Shown here piece after piece: positions 1 to 13,870 of a stretch of 64,000 nt of DNA. Under the pieces are notes generated by a model that did no database searches, had not been told where the DNA came from, and was given only the letters and a program-made list of their open reading frames with translations. Origin of the DNA: the human T2T-CHM13v2.0 reference genome, Homo sapiens; assembly GCF_009914755.1 (NCBI RefSeq), contig NC_060926.1. One strand, given 5' to 3'. Every line of letters begins with the position of its first letter. Position 1 is the first letter of the stretch. A program made the translations under genes and the position numbers.

Positions 1-280
1 GGGGAGGGAGGCGGGGAAACAGGCCCCGGAGGCCGGGAGGGCCTCGCGAGCATCCCTCGGGCCTGGCTTTCCTGACGCGCCGCGAGGCCCGGTGTGGGCC
101 CGGCTTGGCTGATCTCGAGCGGCGTAGGGGCCACTGGGGGCTGCCGCGCAGTCCCAGAACCGCGGGGACTAGCTCCAGCCGGCCAGCGCGGGTGCGTCCT
201 GGCTCTGCGCGATCATCCCCAGCTTTGCGCCGGGGACTGGGATGAGAGCCTTTCTTTCCCCCGGAGTTAGGATTCCAGCG
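1..280. promoter_or_regulatory. 3' edge of CpG island (LPIN1 promoter / start of intron 1)
   Basis: Very GC-rich with dense unmutated CpG (cgcgccgcg, gcgcggg) compared with the CpG-depleted rest of the window. The first exon itself is not visible. Confidence 0.75.
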
Positions 281-390
281 CTGCAGTTGAGGAAACTGAG
301 GCTCAGGGAGGTTGACCTCTGTGCCCAAGGTCATACAGTTGCCGGGCGGCAGGGCAGGCTGAGCCCAGGTTGGAATCCCGGTTCTCATAT
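275..390 (-). mobile_element. MIR fragment
   Basis: gaggaaactgaggctcagggagg...tgcccaaggtcatacag core. Confidence 0.65.
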
Positions 391-1539
391 TACAGCTCTC
401 CCCTGCGAGGCCTCTGCACCTTTCTTGCAGCCTAGGAGGTGCTAGGCCTAGTGAGCTCCATCAGCTGCTCCTGCACGTAATTTTATTATGGGCAAGGCCA
501 GGAAAATGCAGGATGAGAAGTAACGTTTTGGGAGTAACTTAAGTGCTGTGGAGCTAGAGTAGGTAATTTGTGTGGTCAGTAGTTGCTGGAGAAAGCAGAT
601 GTCAACCCTGTTTTTGATCAGCAAGCAGGAAACCAACTAAGACAACTGGCAGTATTAATTTGGAGATGTTTTAGAACCCGGCAGTTTCCCACAGGATAGA
701 AGTGTTTTGGGAAATCAAAGCTTGTAGCCGTTTTTTTAATTGGGGGTGTTGTGGTATGGTGGTCTAGGGGTAGTGATTGTGAGATTGACTGTTTATCCTT
801 TGTTCCGTAATTTGGGTCTTATTAATGAAAGTAAGCAGTTGAGGAATGTATAGTATTTGAGAAATAAGCACATCCACACATGAACACTTTTCTTGCTCCC
901 AGATTCTTGTTGAAAGGTGTAACAGTTGGATTTATGATTATATACTTTGATAGCACTTCACGTTTGCCAGCATTTGTTATTGAGTGTTTTTGTGCATGGG
1001 TTGTGTGTTTTGGCGCTTATTATTCCTATTTGCATGTGGGGCCCTGTGGTCCTGTGGAGCCAGGCCTGGATATAGCCCTGGACTCGGGTCGGGAGGTCTG
1101 GGCTCTGCCTGAGCTCTGTGGGACCCTGAGCGAGTTCTTTCACCCACCCAGGTCTCGCTTATCAGCAGTTCCTTTCTTTTAGAAAAGCACAGGGGGACAA
1201 GGGGCGGACCTGCTGAGTCTTGTGGTGTGGGAGAGAACGCGAGGGTTCAGGTGAGAGACCGCAGGGATTCCTGGTTGTAGGGGGGACCTTGGAAGTGACT
1301 GAGAAGGAGCCTGCCCTGGATTAGGTGGGGACAATTGGCCTGGCCCAGCCAGAAGGAAGTCTGTGGGTCCTGCTCTCCTGCTCTTTGCGTGGTCAGCTGC
1401 ACAAAGGGCCCAGAACAGACGGCAGGGGAGGGTCAGGAGATGAAAAGATATTTCAGAAGAAGGTCCTGAGGCCACCGTGGTCTGAGATGCGCCGAGGCCG
1501 GCACAGAGCACTGGGCTTTGCAGTTGTTGTTCTGACCAC

Positions 1540-1695
1540 TCACAGATGTAGAACTTGGGCAGAAGACTTCAATCCTCTGAGCCTCAGTTTTCCCATCTGT
1601 AAAATGAAGGGATAATCATACCCATTCACAGGATTGTTGCAAAAATTAATTGAGATAAAAAAGAGCCCCTGGAACATAATATGGGGTCCACGAAT
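1540..1695 (+). mobile_element. MIR fragment
   Basis: ctctgagcctcagttttcccatctgtaaaatga core. Confidence 0.7.
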
Positions 1696-2324
1696 CATTG
1701 TGGTTGTTATGATTTTAAAGTGCCACAGGGTGCCAGCGAGGAGGGGCTCTTTGTGGGGTTGGGACAGTCCTGGCTGACGCCGGCCTCTGCTCTGTAAATC
1801 ATCCCTGTGGGACACCCCCTCCCCCTGCCTGCCACCTCTCTTCCGGTTGGCTTTTCCGGACCATCTGTGTACTGGGTTCAAGGCCTAAAAGGTACCTAAA
1901 TGAGGTTAATTGATTTGGGCAAGCCTGCCAATGGGGGTAGTCGAGGGGTACAGGCAGCTTTTTCCTTAGGGTGGGAGGGGGCTGTTGCACGGATGTCGGC
2001 AGCTTTTGGAGCATTTTGAGAGACATCCAGGTGTTAGGTCCCGCCAGGACACCGAGGCTGGTGGTTCGACCTGTTTGCACTTGCACTTCCTCACTGGTAG
2101 CCCGGGCGTGGGATCTTGGAGCTTTTGAGGGGTCCTGAGGAGGAAGTCCCTGGAATCACCCACTAGCAGCTTTGGGGCTTGTTCCTTGAGAAGGGCAAAG
2201 TCACAATTTTGACACTTTATTGAACCCTGGACCAATGTATTGTATAATAAGCCCACTCATTTAAAACTGGAACGGGGTGTGTGGGGAAAAAAGAGTTGGG
2301 ACAAAACCCAAGCAAAGCCGTTCA

Positions 2325-2334
2325 GTGACGTCAC
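2325..2334. promoter_or_regulatory. Perfect palindromic CRE (GTGACGTCAC)
   Basis: Exact CREB/ATF consensus with CpG retained, in unique intron-1 sequence. Function is not shown. Confidence 0.45.
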
Positions 2335-3759
2335 AGGTTCTTCATTCAGAAGAGGCCCAGGTGCCTATCGGATGGCTGTTTCTGAAATGTTCGCTTTCTG
2401 AGCTGTGAGTGAGGGTCTGGAGAGAGAGAGGGGCCCATGCCTGTGTGTCGAGGGGACACACCCACACTGGCCCTGCTCCTTGATCAGAGGATGCACCAGC
2501 GCCTGAAGGGAATCTGTGCCCCCTAGGAGGCCACACTGGGCCCTGGGGCTGCTGGGGTCCGAAGCAAGTGCCCTGACCTCCCTTCCTGTGGGTTCCCTTC
2601 CTCTTCCTCTTTCCACAGCTTTCCCCTGTCTGTCTCCCTACCTGTAATTCACCCCAACAAGCCCTTAGCAGCTGGGGTTGGGGTGGGGTCTGTGCAGCCA
2701 GGGATATGTTGAGTAGTGAGTTTCTGCCTGTAGAAAGCTCTGGGTCTGGGCTGACCCAGACCCAGGCTGACACTTTTCACAATGAGGTATGTGGCCCAGG
2801 AGTCTTAAAACCTCAGCAGTGTCTGGCCCACAGGCTGTTCTGCACACTGAGGGATGCAGGGCGCGTTGTGCCGCTCCCACTCCCAGCTGAGAGGTTGGGA
2901 GGAACCAGATGGACTGGGCTCCATCAGGAGAGAAGCCAGAAGCATTTTCACACCGGTGGTCATGGCTACAGGGTCATGGTTACAGTGGATTTTTCAACCC
3001 ACTGACCAAATGTTGTGATTCTTGCAACAACTTAAAATTTTCGGCTGATGCTGAATGCTGGGGCTTTCCAGAAATAGCCATAGGCTGTTAGAACAGGCAC
3101 TTTGCTCTGTAAGGAGGCCTGTTTGTTCCTGAGTGTGAGCTGATTTGCATTGGCTCACAAAGCTGACCACAGACCCTGCATGGGAGACACAACCAACACC
3201 CCCATTTGCCTGCTGGCACGCACTTGTGCCCCCCTCCCCTCCCCGGCCTCGCTCCCTGGAAGCCCTCGCACCTCTCCCCTTGCCCTCTGTCCCCTAGCCA
3301 CACACACTCACTTTTTGATGAAGTCGTCCTCCGCGTTCATGGATCTCACTAGGCTGTAGGTCTTCAGTTTACAAGACAGGAGACAAGCAACAAGGGTTTT
3401 AGGATAATGGGCACCAGACAAGACAGGCGCCCAGACAACTGTTCTGGCAAAACAATGTCCCACCATTGGACTCTGTGCAATGCCAGAATGCCACCAGTCT
3501 CGGGGTGGCCTCTTTGGGCTCAGATTTTGGGCAAATGAGAATGTGGAATGTAGGCATAGCCTTCAAATAGTTCTGTATTCATTTTAACTAGTAATATTCT
3601 TTGCCTCTGTCTTTTTGGGAAGGTACTATTTAAATAGGTGATATATACAAAGTCCCCTCTGGCAAGAGACGTTATTCAAAGACCGGATTTTGTCTGGAAC
3701 CAGTTTGTGGTCACAGAATTAGCACGTGGTTTTTATTTGGTGCATGTGCTTTGAAAAGT

Positions 3760-3950
3760 ACTTTACATTTACTGCCTCACAACAGTCCTATGAGGTGGCT
3801 GTGCTGATGTCATCCCTTTTTATAAAATAGATGCGAAACTGCAGTGCAGAGAGCTTAGTAACCTGTCTTTGATCACAGAGTTAGTGGAAGGTGGAGGCAG
3901 GATTTGAATACCTCCAGAGCCTGCGCTCTTACCTGCTGAGCTATATTGTC
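3760..3950 (-). mobile_element. MIR fragment
   Basis: cctcacaacagtcctatgaggt...gatgcgaaactg...gatcacagagttagtggaag...ggatttgaa. Confidence 0.55.
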
Positions 3951-4722
3951 TCCTAATAGTGCCCTGGAACACCCAGGTGATATATGCCCACCTCCCAATT
4001 GCTGGGGTGTGGTAGGGGTGGGGGGTAATACAGAAATAAAGTTATAAGGGCAGAGCATTCTTTTTGACCAAGACACGAATTTGGACAGAGGGCTCTTGAA
4101 AGTGCGTAGAGAGAATGTGCCATTGGGTCTTTGAAGGAAAAGAACGTCCTGTCCTTAATCAGTGAGCTAAATAATTAAGAGCCAAAGGATCGGAGTCAAA
4201 GCCTTGGGCTGTTTTGCTCAGCATAGTTGTCATACCATATTTAGATGTCTACACCCACCTTTATCCAGGCCATTTGTATTTCTTGGCAGGAACGTGAGAA
4301 CAAGCGTCACCTGGGGTTGTGGTATCTGAGGGTTGCAAAGTGTCAGCGCTGGAGGAGCTGAGTGATCACTCATCTGACCTTCCCTCCAAAGCAGGAGTAC
4401 CCCTGTCCAGCACCCTGTCCTGTCTCAGTGGTTTCAGTGATGGAGACCCTGAGACTGAGTGGACCAGAGTTTTCCATCCTTCACTCCCAGTTCTCTGAGG
4501 TTACTAATAATTGACATGAAATACATGCAGACATAAAAAACACAAGCTAGAAAGCAACACTATGGGAAGTATTTATGATAAAAAGTGAAGATCTCTTCCT
4601 CCTTTTCCCAGGCTGGTCCCCAGGGGTGAATCTTGTGAATCTTGTTTTGTATGTATCTCATTCCAGAATTTTTTTATGCATATCAAAATATGTACAAATG
4701 TAATTTTTTAAAAATGGGTCCA

Positions 4723-5076
<354 letters not shown>

Positions 5077-5492
5077 CTATATATACATTTTCATGTTAAT
5101 ATTTATGGAGCTACCTCTCTACCATTTTATTATCAGCCTCATAATATTCCATTTTACAATGTGGATGGCCCATAATTTATTAAGCCAGAGTCATACAGAT
5201 ATTAAGTTATTTCTGATTTTCCCTATTACAATTAATGCTACAGTTACTGTTTTTGTACACGGATCTTACTGTATTTGTACAATCAGTTCCCAGCGGTATA
5301 GTTGCTAGGGTTTGCCAATAGGTGCCCCAAAAGATGGGCATTGCCACATTGCTTACCCCATTTATGACCCTGTTAGTAGTGAGTGACGATGTCTGATTCT
5401 CCTACTTTTCATGGGCCCTGGGGTTTTAATGAAATGCTTTGATTTTGGACCATCTGAAAGGCCTCTTTCGATTCCTGTATCTTTAATTATGA

Positions 5493-5880
<388 letters not shown>

Positions 5881-8074
5881 TCCAAGGCCATTTTAAACTG
5901 ACCTTAATCTTCTAGAGGTGGCTGGTGTTGGCAAAAATTGTGGGGTTAGGAAAGCTGTGGCAGGGGTTTTGAATTTTGGCAGTTCCAAGAAAGCAGCGTT
6001 TCTTGGCAATTTGTGAAGCCTGGAGATGGATTCTGCCAATTTTGGAATAAATGTGGAATTTTCTAATTTAATCGTGAGGCAAGAAACCATGTGACCTCTG
6101 TCACCTCATCCTGACAGTGTCCGCAGTGCTGTCCTTTCTGGAACTGTATGAAATTGCGGTCGTGAATGCTTTGGAGCGTCTGCTGTGTGCTGGAGTTCTA
6201 CAGATGAGCTTAATTATGGGAACGCCCTCCTGTCCCTGGGCAAGGAGGGGGATGAGCAGGGTGGGGGTGTGCTGGAGGAGGAGACGCCTGCCACTTTGCC
6301 ACCCTGGAAGCTCACTGCAAGAGCTGCAAAATTTCCCACCTGCCTAACACAGGCAGGGCTTTGGTGGCGGGACCCCAGGGCTGGCTGTTTTTGCTCTTTC
6401 ATCACTTTTGTCAGGAAGTATTGAAAGACCTTTAAAAGGCCTCTGACTTGCAGGGCCTCTGACCTGCAGGCCTTTTAAAGCATCTCCAGCTTTTCTAGTG
6501 AGTTTTTGTATTTTGGACGGGAATGTCTCACGAACCCTGGCATGCCAAGAAAGTCCCCAATTTCCCAGCAGGTAGTGATGGATGCAGAGCTGTGCTCTTC
6601 TGTTTAAGAAGCTCCTCAAGGCACTCTGGCCAGGACAGTTTAACCACAGGGACGCTGGTGGACTCAGTCAATCCAGACCTGGCAGAGGGCAGCAGCTGCC
6701 TATAAGTGTGTGCCAGTTACAGCAGGGCGTGGGCTGCTGCCCAGGTGGCCTGACTTTCTGTCTGTGTTCCTTTCCCTGTATCACCCTGAGTCTGAGCCAG
6801 ACTTCCTCTTTTGTCACAGGTAATTCATCACCCTTATCAACCGCCGTTAAGTATCAGTCCACAATGCTCTGAAAAGACTTCCTCTTTGCCGTAAGTGTAA
6901 ATTACAGGAGGAAGCTAACACTATTTATAAATCAATTTCATTTTCATGCAAGTCTTATTAGTCATGATACCATTTTGGGCACTTCCTAGAAGCTTTTTGT
7001 GTTTTTAAATGCTTTGGATGAAAATCCTCATTTGTCTTGTAAACCTCCAAGGTGGATGTGATCTCGGCGAACACCAGTAACAGCGTGATGTTTGTGACTT
7101 TATCCAGTGCTGGGCGGACCACAGATAGAGTCCCCAGGTGCTGAGACACTGACTGTAGTGTGCTCAGAGGAGGGCGGCTAGGGCAGTGAGCAGGAAGCCC
7201 CAAAATCGTCCCTGTCAAGCCCAGCTGGGGAGCCGACAGTGCCTTCCCTAGAGGAAGGGTGCCAGGGGTGGTCATTTAGTTGTCCTGACATGATCCGTTG
7301 GCCCCACGAGCAGCAGCCAGGTCTGTATCTGAGAGCTGTAATTTCCTGCTGATAACAGGAACACAGATAAGGGGCACCCCATCCCAGAGTGATATTAGGT
7401 TGGCTTTTGAATCACCAGGCTCCTTGGATGTGCCTTAAGCCCACAGGTGCCCTTTAAGCACCTGCCGTGAGGGCAGATGTGACAGATCGTGTTTGCTCTC
7501 TGGGCAGTGAGTGGGTTTTGGGTAGCTTCTCTCCAGGAAATGATGAATCACTCGGAGCTGAGCAAGTGCCAGAGAAGTCTTCAATCACAGACTGAACCCA
7601 GGAGGGTGTTTCGGCCTTTCTAAGTCCTTAAGGGTTGTAGGGAAGGTTTTGAACAATGGCTTTTGACTTTACCTTCTGAGAGGCTCTGTCAGGGAGTGGT
7701 GATGCTGCGGGTGAGAGCAGTTTTGAAGGTGTCACATCCAGGGCCAACCCTGAGCCTTGCTTCTGTAGCCACCTCCTATGGGAGGTCATGACAATAATAA
7801 GATTTTGCATGTGTTGTCCAGGAGCAAAGACCTTTCCAAACTAGTCGTTGTGTTGACCACTGAGGATGACAGCCTGGTGGGCTCAGTCAGAGCCATTGTG
7901 TTAATACCCTGCTCCCACACACATAGCTGGTAAATGCCAGAAGTTAACACTCACAGCCAGGCCTTCCGACCCCCAATTTTGTGTCATTTCTGCTTTTCAG
8001 TCTTACCCTTAGGTGTCACAGCTGTTTATTTAAACTGTTTGCAGTGAATTTTGTTTGGGAGCATTGTCTTGTGA

Positions 8075-8416
<342 letters not shown>

Positions 8417-8873
8417 ATTTCTTCTCATTTTTAAATTTTAGTGCTTTTCCCCCTCGTGCCCCGACTTGCCAAGCTACTTTGAGGGTGGTGGGTGCATCTT
8501 GCTGTTTTACACTCTGGAATGTCGTGATGGGACCAAAAATAAAAGTTTCTTGCTTGAGATGGGCCCTGCGATGGGGCAGGTACCGCGTCAGAAATGAGCA
8601 AGCCTCGTCCCTGTCCTCAAGGAGAGAAGACTCACTTGGTAGACAGATGTCTGTTCAGCCACTTGACAAATGACAGTAATATTGATCAAGCTACTGCCCT
8701 GGATGGCTGGGCTGGAGGGCTGAGGAGAAGGTTGAGGCTGAAAGATAGAGTTGTGTGGGCATGTTTATGAAGGGGTCATATACCTGGACAGCCGGGGGAG
8801 GAAATGGAGGAGGCAGGTGGAAATCCAGATTTGAGGGGTAATTATTGTTCAACTCCTGCAAGACACTTAGTTC

Positions 8874-9170
8874 TTTTTTTTTTTTTTTTGAGACAGAGTC
8901 TCGCTCTGTCGCCCAAGCTGGAGTTCAGTGGCGCCGTCTCGGCTCACTGCAAGCTGCGCCTCCTGGGTTCAAGCGACTCTCCTGCCTCAGCCTCCTGAGT
9001 AGCTGGGACTACAGGTGCGTGCCACTGTGCCTGGCTTATTTTTTGTATTTTTAGTAGAGACGTGGTTTCACCGTGTTAGCCAGGATGATCTCGATCTCCT
9101 GACCTCATGATCTGCCCGCCTTGGCCTCCCAAAGTGCTGGGATCACAGGCATAAGCCACCACGCCTGGCC
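8874..9170 (-). mobile_element. Alu (Y/Sc-like)
   Basis: Full dimer, TSD acttagttctt. Confidence 0.9.
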
Positions 9171-9497
9171 ACTTAGTTCTTAAAGAAAGGAGAGTAGGAA
9201 GAAAAGTACAAGTGAGAAAGATGAACAAAAACGGGGATTGTAAGAGTACATTTATTGAGACAGTTTTGCATTTGCATTTGCTCGGCCAGTCTTATATATA
9301 ATTAGATGTTGCTTACCATGACATCATTTCATTTCCAAGGAGCAAACCCACAATGTGAAAATGGACCCACTGTTATGTCCCAGATAACGTGCCTTAGGTA
9401 ATGTTCTAGTTGAAGGAACTAGAAAGGGAATTAAAATCATTGTTATTTACTTGCATAATAAATGAGTGGAACAGCAGATTCCTGAATTGTCCATTAA

Positions 9498-9840
<343 letters not shown>

Positions 9841-10959
9841 CCTATATTTATTTTTAATAATCGATGCTGTTCGAGTTGAGTATGCTATTTATTATTAATG
9901 TCATAGGTAGAATTCTAAGTGGAATACGCTTGTAGATTTTTATGTTCTTTGGTGTATTATCTGTTTGGTTCTAACATAAAACAGTTTCTAACCCAGAGAT
10001 ATCTGGAAAGATGGTATTCCAGTGGGATGTAATAACCTCAGAAAATTTGTATTATTTCAGAAGGTCAAGCTAGACGATGTCACATTGAAAAAACTTACAT
10101 GTTTCTTAACCTTAGAGCTTTTCTGAAAATCCACAGTTAGAGAAACCCAGTCTTGCCAAAGGATATTTGTAAGATTTGGCTGAGTTTTCCATCAAAAACA
10201 TTTGAACTAGGGGTTGTAGAGTCCTGTTTCAAGTGGTAAATAAAATCCTGTGAGGTGAAGCTGCTATTTCTTGCCAAATTTTGAGATTAAAGTCAGTAGG
10301 TTTGAAAGGAATTTGGTATGGGGTGAGTGAATAGCAGGCATCTGAAAGCCGTTCCACTGGAAATTGAAGCCTTCCATTTGGTCCTCTGCAGGTTTTGTTT
10401 ATCGTTTGTCACCCTTGAGGTAATTAAGATACTTTCTTCTTTAAAGCAGATATTCCCCTCACTGCTTGATCACGTGTTTTAGCAGACAGCAGGAAACTGA
10501 CACCAAAGACAGTCATGAGATTAATGGGCAGGTATGGGGAGGTGGGTTGATTGGCTGGGTTTGTCTGACTTCTTCAGGTAAATTAGCTTCTTCCTCCAGC
10601 CTTTTACTCGAAACATAACTGAGAGTAAAATTTGGTAATTTATGCCCAGCTGGTTTATTCTTGTATTCTTTAAACATATGTGCTAGATTTATTTCAAAGA
10701 GAGCTTGGAGGAAGGGCAGAGAAAGAAGAGCCTGGCTGCCTCTAACCTGCCTGCACCCCTCCAGGCAACAGGTGCCTGGGGTGACTGGGCCCACCCCGGT
10801 CCCTTAAAGGGCATGGTCCCTCCCGTGCCTCCTGGGGGAGGGATTGCCCCCTCCACCCCAAGCTCTCTTTCAAAGAAATTGTTTAACCAAATAGTATCCT
10901 GGCTTCCTGAAATGAGTTCTGGTTAATACAATTTTCTCTCTCCCCAATTCTTAAAAAAA

Positions 10960-11640
10960 AAAATGTTAATTGTGATAAAATACATATAACATAAAATTTG
11001 CCATTTTAACCATCTTTAAGTGTGTGGTTCAGTGGCAAAATGGAAACCCTGTACCCATTAAACACACACTGACTCCCTATTTTCCGCTTCTCCCTAGCCC
11101 CTGGTAATCAGTCTTTCTGTTTCTATGAGTTTGTCTGTCTAAGGTAGCTCATGTAAGTAGAGTCATACAGCATTTGTCCTTTTGTGACTGGCCTATTTCA
11201 TTTAGCCTACTGTCCTCAAGGTTCATCTACACAGTAGCATGTATCAGAATTTCCTTTCTTTTTAAGGCTCAGTAATAGTCCATGATATGGATGGACCGCA
11301 TTTTGCTTTTCCATTCATCTGTCACACTGGAGTTGCTGCCTCCTTTTGGCTATTATGAATAATGCTGCCACGACCATGGGTGTGCCAATATCTTTTCGAG
11401 ACCTGCTTTCAGTTTTTTTTTTTGATATATACCCGGGACTGGAATGGCTGGATCATAAGCTAATTTTATTTTTATTTTTTTGAGGAATTCAGACTATTTT
11501 CTGAAGTGGCTCCACATTTTACATTCCCGCCAACAGTGGACAAGAGTTCCAGTTTCTCCATATCCTTGCCAACACTTGTTATATTCTGTCTTTTTTTTTC
11601 TTAAATAGTAGCCATCTTAATAGATGTGAGGTGGTGGTAT
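10960..11640 (-). mobile_element. L1M (L1MB-like) 3' fragment
   Basis: aaaatttgccattttaacc..., catttgtccttttgtgactggcctatttca, ttacattcccgccaacagt motifs. Confidence 0.7.
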
Positions 11641-12278
11641 TCACCCTTTTAAAAACTTTCAGTGCTTAGTTTAAGGCAGGCCCAGGGTGTAGATGTTGAG
11701 TTCCTAGGAACAGACAAAAGACTGCCAGGTGGAGCCCATGACCCTGTCACTTGTTGAGAATTATTGAGAAGATTTCCTGCTTTCAAATCCAGGTATTTTC
11801 AGATTTGCAAAGAAGTTATTCAATAGAGGGGACAGCTAAAGATATCAAAGCACCACTAATCTAAGCTAAAGCCACAGCTGATATCAAAGCACCTTCTGAT
11901 TCTTTGCGGTAGGAAAATACTCCAGACCAATCCAGTGGGAAGGTCACAGAAGAAATTGTAGTCTTGGCTCTGTCTTTGCCATGGGGGGAGCTTCGCTAAG
12001 TCACTTCCTGTTTCTGGGCTTACTTTTAAAAAATGAGGTTGTTGGAACAACAACTAAGGATCCCTTAGTTGAGAACAAGAGAGCAGAGCAACGATTCAGT
12101 TATTAAAGATGCCTCTTCAGTTGCTAAGAACTAAGGAGTGGAGCCTTTGTCTTGGAACGGATAGAGCTGGAATTAGACCTTGCAGGTCACTCAGGCCAAC
12201 GCGCCCCCTTTACAGAGGAGAGGCTAGGATGCAGAGATGTGGTAATGCTATCCAGTTATGAGCTAGCTAGCTTGCTTG

Positions 12279-12279
<1 letters not shown>

Positions 12280-12333
<54 letters not shown>

Positions 12334-13870
12334 TTCTTTCTTTCTTTCTCATTCTTGGGTGTTTCTTGCAGAGGGGGATTTGGCAGGGTCATAGGACAAC
12401 AGTGGAGGGAAGGTCAGCAGATAAACAAGTGAACAAAGGTCTCTGGTTTTCCTAGGCAGAGGACCCTGGGGCCTTCCGCAGTGTTTGTGTCCCTGGGTAC
12501 TTGAGATTAGGGAGTGGTGATGACTCTTAACGAGCCTGCTGCCTTCAAGCATCTGTTTAACAAAGCACATCTTGCACCGCCCTTAATCCATTTAACCCTG
12601 AGTGGACACAGCACATGTTTCATGGAGCACCGGGTTGGGGGTAAGGTCATAGATCAACAGCATCCCAAGGCAGAAGAATTTTTCTTAGTACAGAACAAAA
12701 TGGAGTCTCCTATGTCTACTTCTTTCTACACAGACACAGCAACCATCTGATTTCTCTATCTTTTCCCCACATTTCCCCCTTTTCTATTCGACAAAACCGC
12801 CATTGTCATCATGGCCCGTTCTCAATGAGCTGTTGGGTACACCTCCCAGACGGGGTGGCGGCCGGGCAGAGGGGCTCCTCACTTCCCAGAAGGGGCGGCT
12901 GGGCAGAGGCGCCCCCCACCTCCCTCCCGGACGGGGCGGCTGGCCGGGCGGGGGCTGACCCCCCACCTCCCTCCCGGACGGGGCGGCTGGCCGGGCGGGG
13001 GCTGCCCCCCACCTCCCTCCCGGACGGGGTGGCTGCCGGGCGGAGACGCTCCTCACTTCCCAGACGGGGCGGCTGCCGGGCGGAGGGGCTCCTCACTTCT
13101 CAGACAGGGTGGCTGCCGGGCGGAGGGGCTCCTCACTTCTCAGACGGGGCGGCCGGGCAGAGACGCTCCTCACCTCCCAGACGGGGTCGCGGCCGGGCAG
13201 AGGCGCTCCTCACATCCCAGACGGGGCGGCGGGGCAGAGGCGCTCCCCACATCTCAGACGATGGGCGGCCGGGCAGAGATGCTCCTCACTTCCTAGATGG
13301 GATGGCGGCCGGGAAGAGGCACTCCTCACTTCCCAGACTGGGGGCAGCCGGGCAGAGGGGCTCCTCACATCCCAGACGATGGGCGGCCAGGCAGAGATGC
13401 TCCTCACTTCCCAGATGGGGTGGCAGCCGGGCAGAGGCTGCAATCTCGGCACTTTGGGAGGCCAAGGCAGGCGGCTGGGAGGTGGAGGTTGTAGCGAGCC
13501 GAGATCACGTCACTGCACTCCAGCCTGGGCAACATTGAGCACTGAGTGAACGAGACTCCATCTGCAATCCCGGCACCTCAGGAGGCCGAGGCTGGCAGAT
13601 CACTCCCGATTAGGAGCTGGAGACCAGCCCGGCCAACACAGTGAAACCCCGTCTCCACCAAAAAATACGAAAACCAGTCAGGCGTGGCGGCGCACGCCTG
13701 CAATCGCAGGCACTCGGCAGGTTGAGGCAGGAGAATCAGGCAGGGAGGTTGCAGTGAGCCGAGATGGCGGCAGTGCAGTCCAGCTTCGGCTCGGCATCAG
13801 AGGGAGACCGTGGAAAGAGGGACAGGGAGACGGTGGGGAGAGGGAGACCATGGGGAGGGGGAGGGGGAGG
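12280..13870 (-). mobile_element. SVA retrotransposon, essentially full length, antisense to LPIN1
   Basis: Order on the + strand: (TTTC)n, SINE-R/HERV-K LTR part (~12350-12840), GC-rich VNTR (~12840-13440), Alu-like domain (~13440-13800), short GGGAGA/GGGGGA hexamers to 13870. Confidence 0.95.

Noticed and set aside
323-333. CCAAGGTCA nuclear-receptor (ERR/NR5A-like) half-site
   Set aside because: Part of the MIR consensus. Cannot be distinguished from background without binding data.
12825-13549. 237-aa and 146-aa ORFs with repeated motifs
   Set aside because: Translations of the GC-rich SVA VNTR and Alu-like region. Stop-poor by composition, with no splice or protein-family support.
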